Shown here: piece by piece, positions 38,018 through 51,179 of the stretch
Numbering within the stretch: the stretch's first letter is position 1
How the letters are laid out: each line of letters starts with the position of its first letter
Assembly: GCF_009834535.1 (NCBI RefSeq)
Contig: NC_045698.1
Location: 62,001-124,000 of the forward strand
Origin: Camelus ferus
Taxonomy: Eukaryota
Length of the DNA: 62,000 nucleotides
Reading direction: 5' to 3'
Notes under the pieces: generated by a model
What the model was told of the DNA's origin: nothing
What the model saw: the letters and a program-made list of their open reading frames with translations, nothing else
Databases searched by the model: none
Position numbers and translations under genes: made by a program

Positions 38018-38680
38018 TCCTTCTCAAACTCTTCCAAAAAATTGAAGAGGAGAGAATACTTCCCTACTCATTCTCTGAGGCCAGCATTACCCTAATATCA
38101 AGGCCAGATAAGACATCACAAGAGAAGAAAATTATAGACCAAGATCCCTGATGAATAAAGATGCAAAAAATCCTCATCAAAATTTTAGCAAACAGAATCC
38201 AATAGCATACTGGAAAGATTATTCACCACGAACAGTGAAATTTATCACAGGAATACAAGGGCAGTCCAACATAAGAAAATCAGTTAATGTAGTACATCAC
38301 ATTAACAGAACAAAGGGAAAAAAACATGATCATCTCAACTGATACAGAAAACGTATTTTTAAAATTTCAATACCCTTCATGACAAGAGCTCTCAGAAAAC
38401 TAGGATTAGAGAGAAAAATTATTCAACAGGTTAAAAAATATTTATGGAAAACCCACAGTTAACATCATACACAATGGTAAAAGACTGAAAGCTCTCTCCT
38501 AAAGATCAGGGATCAGCCAAGGATGCATTTTGCTTCTTCTAGTCAACATTGTACTGGAACTTCTAGCCAGAGCCATTACAGACACAAAAAGAAATAAAAG
38601 ACATTCAAATTGGAAAGTAAGACGTAAAACTATCTCTATTCACAGTGACATGATCCTATATACAGAAAATGCCAAAGAAT

Positions 38681-38717
<37 letters not shown>

Positions 38718-38941
38718 TACTAGAGCTAATAGATAATTGAGCAAAGTTGCAGGATACAAAACTAACACACACAAATCAGCTGTGTTTCTATATACCAGCA
38801 ATGAACAATCCAAAAAAGAAATTAAGTAATTCCGTGTATAACATAGCATCTAAAATAATGCAATACTTAGGGATATATCTGATCAAGGAGGTGAAAGACT
38901 TGTATGCTGAAAACTGCAAAACATTTGCTGAAAGAAATTAA
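38018..38941 (+). mobile_element. LINE-1 ORF2 RT segment inverted relative to the adjacent L1
   Basis: Starts ctcaaactcttccaaaaaattgaagagg..tgaggccagcattaccctaat (L1 RT region) and ends with YLGIYLIKEVKDLYAENCK. Contains (CA)n at ~38682-38710. Confidence 0.92.
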
Positions 38942-38944
38942 TTT

Positions 38945-38962
38945 CTAACCCTAACCCTAACC
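38945..38962 (-). repeat. Short interstitial telomere-like repeat, (CTAACC)3 on + (TTAGGG register on -)
   Basis: ctaaccctaaccctaacc, 3 bp after the end of the L1 segment. Confidence 0.7.
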
Positions 38963-38989
38963 GTGGTGCCTCTTCCCTTCTGTCTGCAC

Positions 38990-40320
38990 ATTCAGTTCCC
39001 TCATCTCTAGACACACCTACGTGTGGATGCTTCCAGGCCGATATTTCCTGACTTCCTCTCGGTGCCAAGCTCTCACAGCAATCCAACCACTCAACATGTC
39101 TAACAGCATCTCAGCACTAATGTGTCTTCTCCCAAATCTGCTTCTCCCATCTCAGTAAATGATACCAACTTCCACCTGCTCACCAGGCCTCAAATCCCTG
39201 AATCGCTGTCTTAGTGCTGATTCCTAACTGCAGAGAGCAGAATCCACTGCAGCTAATTTAAGCAGTATGGGAAGCTATCAGGTGAGGTATGCCATCTGTG
39301 ACAGGGTGGGTAACCAGGAACAGCCAGTAACATCAGCAACCTGGAAAAACTCCTGACAAGTCTATAGCATCCTTTTAGGAAAACCCCACGGCCCTGTTCC
39401 CTCCTACTCAGCGCTAGCGCTAAGGACAGGCCTTAACTGCCCAGATGAACCAAACACTTCAACCGCCAATTTGCTGAGACAGCCACCACTCCCGTGGTTC
39501 CTCCCACACCTTCGGTGGTGCATGTACGAGCACAAGCAGGCACATCTGCACCTCAGATGCAAAGGACCTGGGGCAAGTGGCTTTGCAGTTGCCAGCGTCT
39601 GCACTCAGGGAGCATGCACGGTGGCTGACAGGGGCCGAGATCAGCTAGTTCACTGCCTGCCACCTACCTCCTTGGCTTCTTTGTCCCTCACTCTCCAGAC
39701 AGCTATCAGCCAGTCCTCTCAGCTCTACCTTTAAATGGATCCTGCTTCAATCATTTTTCACACCCTCTGTCATTCCCACCCTAACCAGCCCCCATCGCTC
39801 ACTCGCCCCAGGATCACGGCAGTCACTTCCTGACTCACCCTGCCTCAACCAGCTGTGGTCTCCACCCTGAGCCAGGGTGAAAGGTTTGGAACATAAATCA
39901 GATAACATCACTTCCTGCCCAAAGTCTCTGCACAGTGGTTCCCCATGACACTCAAAATAAAACAAAACTCACCTCTATCACTACATATCCCTGCAGACTT
40001 TCCCATCTGGTCTCTTTCACCTGTGCCCTTGTTCACGGTGTCTTAGGTACAATGGTCTTCCCGTTGTTCCTCAAGCACACAGTTCTGTTCCTGCCCACCT
40101 CAGGGCCTCTGCACAGGTGGCTCCGTCTGCCTGGAAATCAGCTCCCTCCCAGGTCCCTGCACAGTCTTCCCTGGCTCAGCCATCTGCCTTATTCAGATGC
40201 GATTCTCTGTTCTTTGGTTTACTGTTTTGTCTCCCTCCATTGGAATGTCACACCCCCTGACAGGTGTCATACAGTGGCTGGCAGAAAGGAGGTGGTAAGT
40301 ACCTTCTGAGTAAATCAAAC
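38990..40320 (+). mobile_element. LINE-2 relic interrupted by a probable MaLR (MLT1-like) fragment at ~39207-39660
   Basis: L2 hallmarks include catctcagtaaatgataccaacttccac, ataaatcagataacatcacttcctgcccaaag..cagtggttcccc and cccacctcagggcctctgcac. The insert begins tgtcttagt..gcagaatccactgcagctaatttaagcag. Confidence 0.65.
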
Positions 40321-40899
40321 CATTTCAACAGTCCAAGTTTGGGGGGAAATTTCTTAGGAAACATCCCTGTTTCTATGCATACACAGCAAAGGACTCAGAT
40401 CCCAGGACACTGCAGCTGGAGAGCACATGCGGACTCCCCTGTGCAGGCCCGGCTTTCCTTCTGCACAGCAGAGGTACAGCATCGGTGTGCCCCAGATCTC
40501 TAGTTAAAGAGCTGCACCCTGACCAGGCGTCCAGGTCACTGGTGACCTTCGCCTGCTGCCAGCCCCTGGATCCTGGACGACAAAGCCCCCGTTCTGGAGG
40601 CATGCCAACAGTCCCGAGTTGTGTCCTGGCAGGACGGCAGAGGTTCACGCAGCGCAGCATGGCTCCTGTTCCTAGAGCGTCAGGCAGGTGAGCAGGTGAG
40701 AAGGTGGGGGAGGGGCTGAGGGAGGGGCACCCAGGTACCCAGCACCGAGAGGAATCCGGGAATCCTAGCAGAGGAGCCAGGCAGAGAGCCAGCAGAGGAA
40801 TTCAAAACCCAGTACTGGGCGAGGGAGCCGAACTCAGGCCGCCACCTCAGCTTCCTTCACCCTATACCTGCCGCCCTTCGGCTCCAACACGACTGAACT

Positions 40900-41960
40900 T
40901 CATCGCTAAGTGACTGGCCTGTTCCGCAGTGGGCGGGCTGAGTCCAGTGCCCCTGCTTCTAGTCCGGACGGCGTGCTGGATGAGACACCGGACGACGGGC
41001 GGGTGGCTCTGAGACCCCTGCTTTCCCCGCACACAGCGGGTGCTCCACGAGCCGGAGCCCCCGGCTCGGAGCTACAGGGAAGGAGCTGGCTTCCCGGGGT
41101 CGGGGAATACTTCGTTTTCGGAGGTTCTCCGCAAACCTAGGCGTTAGCGTCGCAAACCCAGAGAGAGCGCGTTCAACTCTGGCGCCCGACTCGCGAAGGA
41201 GGGGAACGTGGCCGCTCGCTCGAGGCCCAGAAGCGCCCAAGCTCTGTTTACCCCGCAGAGAGCGTCCCGTCCGGCAGGAAGAGAGGCCAGCCCATCCACA
41301 CCGGCAGAAAGCGGTCCACTCCATCTACCCCAGGGGGAATCGCGTGCTGTTGTCTTCACTAGTCTGTCTACACCGGCGCACGTCAGGTATGAGTCTGCCT
41401 ACACTGGGGAAAATCACGGTGCGATAGTCTTCACCAGCACAAGTCAGGGTCCGGTCCACCCCCGAGGAAATTAGGTGCAATAATACAGACACTGGTCCGA
41501 GAACAAAATGGCAGGTCTCCAGCCCCGTGAGAACAAGAGTAACTGGGAACGCCGCCCCTGTCCGGCCCCCGCCCGGCGCTGGGTGGGGGACGGAGCTCGC
41601 CCCCACCCCGCCAGGTGAGGGCGCGGCCCCGGCACCCGCCAGGCCGCGGCCCCGCGAGCCTCCTCTCCCCCAACCCGGCCGCAGCCCCGGCCGCGCCCCG
41701 GCTCCTCCTCGGGGCGGGGAGGGGGCGCGGCCCGGGAGGGTCCGCCCCGAGCCCGGCGGGCGGGCGGCCTCGCGGCTCTGTCCTCCCCGCGGCCGGGACA
41801 AAGGCGGCGCCACCATGGCTCTCCGCGCGGTGCTCGGCCGAGGCGACCGGGGCTCTGGCGCCCAGGTAGGGACCCCGGGGACGCGGGAGGGTCCCGGGGA
41901 CGCGGCGGCTGGAGCGGGAGGGCGCTTGCGCTGTCGGTCACTTAAACGAAGGTGTAGCAA
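40900..41960. promoter_or_regulatory. CpG island / promoter
   Basis: Very high GC and CpG density, peaking at 41540-41940. GC box GGGGCGGGAG at 41711-41720 and a YY1-like CAAAATGGC at ~41504. No TATA box. It precedes a Kozak ATG. Confidence 0.93.
41815..41865 (+). CDS. Probable first coding exon (MALRAVLGRGDRGSGAQ, phase-0 donor) of an unidentified gene continuing rightwards
   Basis: Strong Kozak context GGCGCCACCATGG, 17 open codons, then a CAG|GTAGGG splice donor at 41866, all within the CpG island. Confidence 0.6.
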
Positions 41961-44900
41961 ACTTTTCGCTTAACCTCATGAATATTTATGAGAGAAATAC
42001 GCTTGTCAAGACAGATTTGCATTGCTGGAGTTTGAAAGGGGTGCAGGGGGAGGGGCTGTAGGACAAAAAGAGGCCTGTGAAATTGTCGCCGACAAGGAGA
42101 ATGTTCCTAAGTTGTTCATTACCTCAAAACTGGTAGGGCAAACCAATGAACTTTGTGCACGAAGACAACGAATTTTACTTAAAAAATACCAGGGTAGGCT
42201 TTTATACTGGAACAGCCGCTGATTTAGACAACCGACCCTGCCTGGTAAACAAGGCCCTCCGTCCAGGTTCGGCAGAGTGTGGCGGGAGCGGTTTCCTACT
42301 TCACCTGATCTGCAAAAAGCGTGTTGGGCGCGTCTTTCCCTTTTTCCTGTGAAACGGGATCACAGAACAGTTTGGTACAGTAATTACACTCTCTTCTGTT
42401 ACCCAACAGCACTTTCACTTAAGAAGTTTAGCTGGTGCTTTCGGGTGTCTAATTAAGACTTAAAACATATAATTAAAAAATTAAGTTAAACATAACTGAA
42501 ACTGCATAATTTACAGTGAGTGTCAAGTGAGCCTTGCTGCATCCTGAAGAGAGATTTCAGAGTGGGCAGAGGGGAAGTGAGGGTGGGCTTCCCCTTCTTG
42601 ACCCTCCCTCGGATTCCCAGGTTCTCTGGGCCAGGAGGAACTTTAGAGACCACTATTTGCTCTCAGTGGACACGTTCAGACTTGGAGACGCTCCTGTTCA
42701 CGATAGAGCCACATCCCTGTCCTGGAGGGCTGGGTTTCCCCCGCAGAGACCATGCACCCTCTTCTGAGGAGACACCCGGCTTTGATCTCACTGTTTGGTG
42801 TCCAGTCTGCAAATAGAAGGGAGGCCTGGGTTGGGTGCACAAGTGGACTGTCCAGGTGGGCCACAGAGGGCAGAGCACTGACCTTCCCAGAGGGCTGGGT
42901 ACCCAGGTGCAGGTGACCTGTGGTTTCATCCTGTTAGAAGGGCCCCATGTGGGTCTAGTCTGAAATCACCTTTGTGAAAGGTAGGCCTTTATGTCTGTGG
43001 TATCTGTTAGTTCACGAGCCTGCTAGTGGTCTCACATGAATACTTTATTACTTGTAAACCATCCCAAATGCTGTGCTAATGAAATAAAGTTGGCCCTGAA
43101 TTTGCCCTGAGGCTCTCTGAGATATGTGTTCACAGCTTGTATCATCCAAGCAAATACAGAAGACCCCAGATTCCCAGATCTCAGCATTTTTAATGAGAAT
43201 CGTTCAAGCACAGCTCACATGCCTCCCTCCTCACAAACAGATAATGTGCCCTCTATTTGTGCTTAAACAAAAATCAAGTCACTCAGAGCCTGCTAGCCCT
43301 AACAGGAGTCTGCCACGGCAGGCTACCCATTCTGCAGATGGAGGGAGCCAGGCTTCTGCACTTGTCCTGTGGCTCCCAGCCGACAAGCAGCCTGGAAGCG
43401 GTGGCTTTCCTCTCCACACTCTGTGTCCTGAAGCAGTGGTGCCTCTGCCCAGTACTTACCCTCCTGCCCTGTAAGAATAGAGCTTCTGTGCCCTGCTCTC
43501 CGTGGGAGGGTCACTGGGGATTGCAGACTCCTTATCTGTGTCCCTCTGCCCCTGGCGGGGCCTGGCACTCAGTACACGTGCACAGGCCAGTGCTCACTGG
43601 TCCGGACAGAAGAATGAGCCCAGAGAGATGACTGGTCTGACCTTAGAGTCCAACACACTCCTGAGGGGGGAGTGAGGTGGGGGATGGAGGGGTGGGCTGT
43701 GAGGTGGTATGTCCTGTCCTCCACCTGTTGATCCTAAGAGGTGCTGGGAATCTGGGGTCCTGTGAGCAGAAGGTGTCCCTCAGTGGCCATTTACCCTACA
43801 AGAGGTCCAAGAAGACAGGTGCCCGTGGAGTGGGGAAGAGGCTCCCACCCTGACCCAGATTAGAGGTGCACCCACATTCACCCTCTGTTAGCTGTCGGCC
43901 CTGGGCAGGGAGTTCAGCCTCTTGGAGGTTGTCTGTTTGTTTACAGGAAGAACCTGTGCCCCACCCACCTCTTGGAGCTACATAGGCTCTAATTTTAAAA
44001 TGGATGTGTAGGTGCTTCTTGAAAGGAAACCTAGGTCGTCACTTACCTGAACGTTCCTGAGTTGAGGGCTGCCTCTGTGCTGATGTCTGGGACAACTTTC
44101 CAGGTGTCTCAGTTCACACCTGGGCCCAAGCTCTCAAAGACAGAGCTTTCAGATACTTCTAGACATCGTATAACCTTACAGAATTTTCCCCCAAAGTGAG
44201 ATAATCAGGTTGTGCAAAAGATACTTTGTGGTGAATTTCTTCTATATGACATTAAAACTACGTCTGTTTCTGAGACCTGGGACAGGGATTAAATCTAATG
44301 CCAACAATGGTTTGGGACAGGAATTAATTCGAAGTTCTGCACTAGAATTGTTCAAGTCTGCCAGGTAATGAGTATGTGCACCCCCAGGAGGTGAATTCTC
44401 TTGGAGAAGTCTCACCTGCCTGCAGCTGCACAACCTGGGACCCCCAACCCTGGTAGGCTTCAGCCTCAGAAAGCCCCCTCTGCAGCATCCCCCCCCTCCC
44501 AGGCCCTTCCCTGCCTGGTTTCTCCAGACAGGATTTGAACCCACATCACCTTGTGCCTGACTCCTCAGTTGCCTGTCTCCCCAGGCGGCACTGGCTTTAT
44601 TTCATTCCCCTGTTTCTCTGGTGCCTAGAATAGTGCACGGCACACAGTAGGTGCTCAACATGGTGACGACCCTGAAGCTCACTCTCACTCCCCCGCCCAG
44701 TGCTGGCCTCTGGGGTGGCACTGATGCACAGCTTGCCCTGTGGCCTGAGCTAGCATGATTCCTGAGACTTTTAAGAATAAAGTAGCAGCTTCAGAGGGAG
44801 TGCCAGGTTACAGCTGATTCTGGGAAACAACTTGTCCAAGTGTGATATGGAAAATAAGGCCCAGGACGCTTGCAGCAAATGGCTTGGCAAGACCTGGTGT

Positions 44901-45934
44901 GACATAATGCATGTGCTTTGTGTGTGGTTTTTGAGGTGGGGATGACGATGCCACAGAGCAGAGGAGAAGAAATGCCTGCATTAATTTTCTGGGACTTTAT
45001 TGCCAAGTGGTTTGATAGAAATGCTCTGACCTGGAATTAGCTGCGGGCCATCAGGTGACCTTGCCCTGGAGAGTGAGGAGGTTGGAATGAGTTTCTGAGA
45101 GCTCTTGGGCTCTGTCCCTGGCTAGACTGAGACATCAAGCAGTGTGGACGGAGGCAGAGGGCTCGGTGGTTGGGGATGCAGGCTATGTGGCCAGTGTGGC
45201 CTGGGATCAGTCCTGGCTCCCACACTGGGTGGGTGGGCAAGGAAGCCCCTCAACCTCACCATCCTTAGAATGGGGAAGACAATCACATTACAATGTGCTT
45301 AGGATAGTGTCTATTATTCTGTGATTCTGTGAGTCTGTGATAGAGAGGAAGAGTTTCATACAAATGGGAGATAAAAAGATTGAGTTACCATTTTTCTGTC
45401 AAATCATTTAAGGAAAGATATTTGTGAAGCTGTCTTCAAGATATGCTGATACACAAAGATATCCCCAAGGGAGAGGAATTGCAACTACGATTATGTGCTA
45501 TTTTAACAATGTATTCGGGTAGTTTTTTAAAGAAATGCTTTGCACAAGTGCCAAAATCAGTATGTCATGAACTCCACTTGAGTTCAAGGGTCCCAGAACT
45601 CTCTCTATGGCTTAATCAGAAGGATGAAAGAAGACTTCATTGGAGCAAGCATTTAGCTAGCCCAGAGTACCAGGCCTGGTAACGGAGAGTGTTTAGTTCT
45701 CGGACTGATTCTTGCCTGTCCAGAGACACCAACAGTCTGTGACGGCAGCCCAGAGAGTCACGGTGACGTTGGCCTGAGCAGCCCAGCCTTGGAGACCAGT
45801 GTGACCTCTCCCAGAGCACATGTTCAAACAGGAAAAGCATGTGGAAGGCTGCTGGGGACAGCGAGCAACAACAGCAACGAATGAGGAGAGAAGTGTCATC
45901 CCGATTTCTGGAAGGGGCTGGAACTAATTTTCAT

Positions 45935-47450
45935 TTTAATTTTAATAGGGTTAAATTCACACAACACAAATTTAGCCATTTAAAGCAAACAATTCAGTGG
46001 CATTTAATCCATTCACAATATTGTACAGCCATCACGCCTGTCTAGTTCCAGGATTCCAACACCCGAAAGCAAAACCCCACAGCCATGAAGCAGTTTCTTT
46101 CATTCCACTCTCTCCCCAGCCCCTGGAAGCACTACTGTGCTCTCTGTCTCTATGGATTTTTCTACTCTGAATATTCCATATAAATGGAATCATAAAATAT
46201 GGGACCTTTTGTTGTGTTAAAATACGTGTAACATGAAATTTGCCACCTAAGCCATTTTAAGGGTACAGTTCAGTGATGTTAGATACATTCACATTGTTTT
46301 GCTACCATCACCACCATCTGTCTCCATGGCTTCTCCAAGTTGTAAATCTGAAACTCTACACCTGCTGAACAACAGCTCCTCACGCTGCCCTGCCCCCAGA
46401 CCCTGGCAACCACCATTCTGCTTTCTGTCTTTATGACTGTGCTACACTAAGTGCCTCTGTGAATGGGCTCACACAGTATCTGTCGTTTTGCAACTGGGTT
46501 ACTTCACTGAGCACAAGTCCTCAAGGTTCATCCACATTGCAGCATTATCAGAACTTCATTCCTTTTTGTGGCTGAATAATATTCTGTTGTACGGATGGAC
46601 CACATTTGGTTTTTTCATTTATCTGTTGATGGACATTTGGACTGTTTCCATCTTTTAGGTTTTGTGAATGGTGCTGCTATGATCATGCGTTTAAAAGTTT
46701 TTGACTCTAACTTCTCCCAGCAATGTTTTGTAGGTTTCAGTGTACAAATCATTTATCTCTTTGGTTAAATGTATTTCTTGATATTTATTCTTTTTAGATG
46801 CCATTATGTAATGGAAACTATTTTCTTAATTTCATTGCTGGGGTAGAGAAACATAAGTGATTTTTGCATGTTGATCTTGTACCCTGCAACTTTGCTGAAT
46901 CTACTTATTAGCTCTAGTAGCTTTCTTGTGGATTTTTCTTTGGGATTTTCTATATGTAAGATCATGTCATCTGCAAGTAGAGATAGTTTTACTTCTTCAT
47001 TTCTAAATTGGGTGCCTTCAATTTTTTTTCCTTGCCTAATTACTCTGGCTAGAACTTTAAGGGCAGTGTTGCATAGCAGTGGAGAAAGTTAGCATCCTTG
47101 ACTGGTTTCTAATGTTAGAGGAAAACCTTTCAGTCTTTAACCACTGAGTGTGAAGTTAGCTGTGAAGTGCCTTTTTATCATGTTGAGGAAGGTACTTTCT
47201 ATTCCTAGTTTTCTGAGAGTTTTTTTTTTATCATGAATGAGTGTTGGAGTTTGTCAAATGCTTTTTCTGCATTATTTGAGATGATTATAGGATTTTTTCT
47301 CTACGTTCTATTAACATAGAATATTATTTTGATTGGTTGTTGAACTACCCTTGCATTCCTGGGATAAATCCCACTTGGTCATGGTGAATAATCCTTGTAA
47401 TATGCTGTTAGATTTGGTTTCTTAGTATTTTGTTGAGGATTTGGAACAAA
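45935..47450 (-). mobile_element. Old L1MB-type fragments (two 3' ends plus an ORF2 piece)
   Basis: Contains tttagccatttaaag..ttcagtggcattta..cattcacaatattgtacagccatcac and ttgatcttgtaccctgcaactttgctgaat..ttattagctctagtagc, typical of antisense L1. Confidence 0.85.
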
Positions 47451-47499
47451 TGTTATAACTCTGCTTTTAAATTTCATTATATTATGCAAGAATACTTTT

Positions 47500-48595
47500 T
47501 TCAAGTATATATATATAATTTTAATTGGAGTATAGTTAGTTTACAATGTTGTGTCAGTTTCTGGTGTACAGCATAATGCTTCAGTCATACATGAACATGT
47601 ATTTATTTTCATACTCTTTTTAACCATAAGTTACCACAAGATATTGAATATAGTTCCCTGTGCTATACTGTATAAACTTGTTGTTTATCTATTTTATATA
47701 TATTTGTTAGTATCTGTAAATCTCAAACTCCCAATTTATCCCTTCCCACCACCTTCCACCTGGTAACCATGTTAGTTTTCTACCTCTCTGAGTCTGTTTC
47801 TGTTTTGTAAATAAGCTCGTTTGTCATTTGTTTTTTCAGATTCCACATATAAGTGATATCTTATGGTATTTTTCTTTCTCTTTCTGGCTTCCTTCACTTA
47901 GAATGACAATCTCCAGGTCCATCCATGTTGCTGCAAATGGCATTATTTTATCATTTTTCATGGCTGAGTAGTATTCCATTGTATAAATATACCACAACTT
48001 CTTTATCTAGTCATCGGTCAATGGACATTTGGGTTATTTCCATGCCTTGGCTATTGTAAATAGTTCTGCTATGAACAATGGGGTGCATGTATCTTTTTGA
48101 ATTAAGGTTCCCTCTGGATATATGCCCAGAAATGGGATTGCTGGATCATATGGTAAGTCTATTTTTAGTCTTTTGAGGAATCTCCATACTGTTTTCCATA
48201 ATGGCTGCACCAAACTACATTCCCACCAGCAGTGTAGGAGGGTTCCCTTTTCTCCACACCCTCTCCAGCATTTATTGTTTGTAGACTTTTGAATGATGGC
48301 CATTCTGACAGGTGTGAGGTGATACCTCATTGTAGTTTTGATTTGCATTTCTCTGATAATTAATGATACTGAGCATTTTTTCATGTGCCTATTGGCCATT
48401 TGTATGTCTTCATTGGAGAATTGCTTGTTTAGGTCTTCTGTCCATTTTTGGATGGAGTTGTTTGTTTTTTTCTTATTAAGTTGTATGAGTTGTTTATATA
48501 TTCTGGAAATTAAGCCCTTGTCAGTCTTGCAGATATTTTCTCCTGTCCCATAAGTTGTCTTTTTGTTTTGCTTATGGTTCCCTTTGCTGTGCAAG
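47500..48595 (-). mobile_element. Young 5'-truncated LINE-1, same family as 14638-15831
   Basis: ORF 48034-48663 (-) includes [81 protein letters not shown], the L1 ORF2p C-terminus. The 3' UTR is closely similar to the 14.7-kb copy. Confidence 0.95.
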
Positions 48596-51118
48596 TAAAA
48601 ATACATTTTAAGAATGTAAGTTTTGAAATAAGAAGTGACCTCTTTAAAAACAAATTGTTTCAAGGCTGAAACATAAAATTACTAGGAAATCTGCAGAAGT
48701 TTAAGACCAATTTTTAAGACTTCAAAATGTAGCAACTGGGAAAAAAGCCACTGGGGAAGGAGTGTTGTGAGGTGAATCCCTGTAAAATGCTTAAGCAGTG
48801 TCTAACAGGTACCAGTGCCTGTGGATCCTTGTGAGGATTCAGCAGCCTGGGTCAGGCCTTCTGCACTTGAAACACTGTCATCTGAAGGCACAGATGTCAA
48901 ATGTTTACCACGGTCTAATTAACCTCCTGAGCCATTGAACGGACATGCAGACCCAGCAGTGACAGCGCTTCAAGTAGAGTCTTGATTAAGTGGGTGTTCA
49001 AAATATCCTGAATTGGTTTTAAACAGAATTATAACTGGAAACTACACAAAAAAACCACTCCTCACTCCCCTCCACCCTCGCTCACTTCACTCCACCCCAA
49101 CCTCCACCCCACCTCAACCCTCACCCACCCCAACCTTTTGTTCGATGGTGTACTCATTAGTGGCACCAATCAAAATGAAGATTCAGGATTAAACTTTGGT
49201 TACTTGAGCCGAGAGCTGTCACTTTATGGGCTCAAGGAAACCTATGTTACAAGCAGAGTGGGTCTATCACTTGTTGTCCAAGTTGAAACATTTTGAGGCG
49301 AAAAGAGAGCTATTGCCTTAATCACAAGTGAAAACCTGAACTATGTGGGAAGCCCTGGACAGGACTCCGGCCTATGACTTGGGGTATCACTACCTCCTGG
49401 AGATGGCTTTCTGAACAATGAGGGTCGCTCTCCACCGTGGATGGGGGACACTTATGGACAGGTGTCTGCCAACTTCCCCCCTGGACCAAGTGTGTGACTC
49501 CCAGTGTGAGCACCTCAGCTGGACGGTGTAGACCTGCTGCCTACATGGCCCCCCGTCAGTCCCCAGGGAGCCCCCACGTGGAGCCAGCTGGACCATCAGC
49601 AAGCGGGTCTGCACCCTGTCCTCACGAGCCAGCACCCGGCAGCTCTGCCTGGTCAGCTGCCCACACTCTGAGCCTGGCAGCCACTGGTGCTTCTCATTTG
49701 CACCGACACTGCTCTCTCCTGTGTTCACCCCTAGGGCTCTCCTCTGTGGACTCCAGGAGTCGTAAGCACCTGCCAGGCCGTTCTGAGTGTGGTTTGGGGC
49801 TCCAGGCTCAGCCTCATCACCAGACTCAAGATCCCACCAGTGTCATGTGGCATGTCTTTCTCTGTCCCTCTCTCAGGCCCCCACGTTGGAAACCCACCAC
49901 CCACTCACATTGCAGCAGCCACACTCACCCACCTGCCTGTGCCTGGGACCTTGTGCTTTGTGGTCACTTTCTTGGGGCTGGGGAGGCAAAAAGCACTACT
50001 GAACACTCCAAGTACACTCATCACAGATTTCTCCTTAAACTGTCTGCTTTGCTGTTCTTATCATGCATAAAGGTATTTTGGAGGGGTGGGGGTGCTAATT
50101 TTGCTTAACTGTGCCGCCGCTTCCCTCTGCCTTCCTGCATCCCAGTGTCACCTCATGAGCTATCCCTGTAGAGCTTTCCCTGCCAGAACTTCTGCAAACT
50201 TAGAGCCTGCACTCCACCTTCTTTCTGAAAACCAAAGGTGCTTCAGCCCAGGCCCAGCACAGATTCCCGACAACCTCAGCCCAGGGTCAGCAGTCAACAT
50301 ATGTCCCACCAAAGCTGAAGATTAAGTCTAAATCACGAGGTCCTTTAGGAAAGCATGGAATCAGGGGTAATTTAAAAGCATATCTGTGGTTTTCCAGTAA
50401 CACCAGAAATTGTGGGCTTCGTACCTTAATGGTTAATATCAAATTAGGACCTGGAATCAGCCGCCTTCAAGGCACTGTCAGGCAGAGGAGCACTGCCAGG
50501 CTGAGAAGCACTTTCCTGGGACTCCTGCACTCCCGTTTGAAGAGCCCACATCAGACTGACCCCGACTTTGCTCACAGCTGTGTCGGGGGTCCCCACTCAG
50601 GGATGGTTTGGAAAGATGTTAGTTAACACTTAAAACTAGTAGTGCAAACATAAACTGTCACACTCCCACTTAAACTTTGTATCTGATGCTCTTGTCTGTG
50701 GAGGAATGTAATCTGAAAGTGTAAAAAAAAACCAAAAACACAAACTTGTAATTGGTGATTTAGGTGAAGTCTGCTGTCATATCTACAGTTTAGAGAAATT
50801 AGTTCCAATCGTCCGTCAAGAGTGTCACTTGGAATTAGCTGTTTCTCCGTGGGAAACATGTGAATGGTGTGGGGAGGCCAGGTGTGCTGGCTGAAGCCAG
50901 GATACCAGGCAGACACCGGCCAAGCGGCTGGGCTCAAACAAAAGGAAACTTAATCTGCTTTTGAAGTTGTTCTGGTTTGGCTCAGTTTAACAGTGAGGTG
51001 AACGAAAAAGGACGACAAAAACTTGGAGGGGTGAAAATAAGTTTTCATCTTCATGCATGAGAAGCACACATCTAACTGAGCTGAAAAATTTCAGGAGCAC
51101 TTTTCTCTCCTGCCAAAG

Positions 51119-51179
51119 GGTTTTCTAGATGCATTAAGCGGGAAAGAAAGGCTGTTACCCATGTTTCTCCGAAAGAACT
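51119..51179 (+). other. Candidate internal exon (GFLDALSGKERLLPMFLRKN)
   Basis: Pyrimidine tract ttttctctcctgccaaAG, an open frame in phase 0 compatible with the first exon, and a consensus GTAAGT donor at 51180. No homology recognised. Confidence 0.2.

Noticed and set aside
41325..41973. Long Pro/Arg/Gly-rich ORFs on both strands
   Set aside because: Expected from stop-codon scarcity in a CpG island; only the Kozak-to-donor segment has supporting signals.
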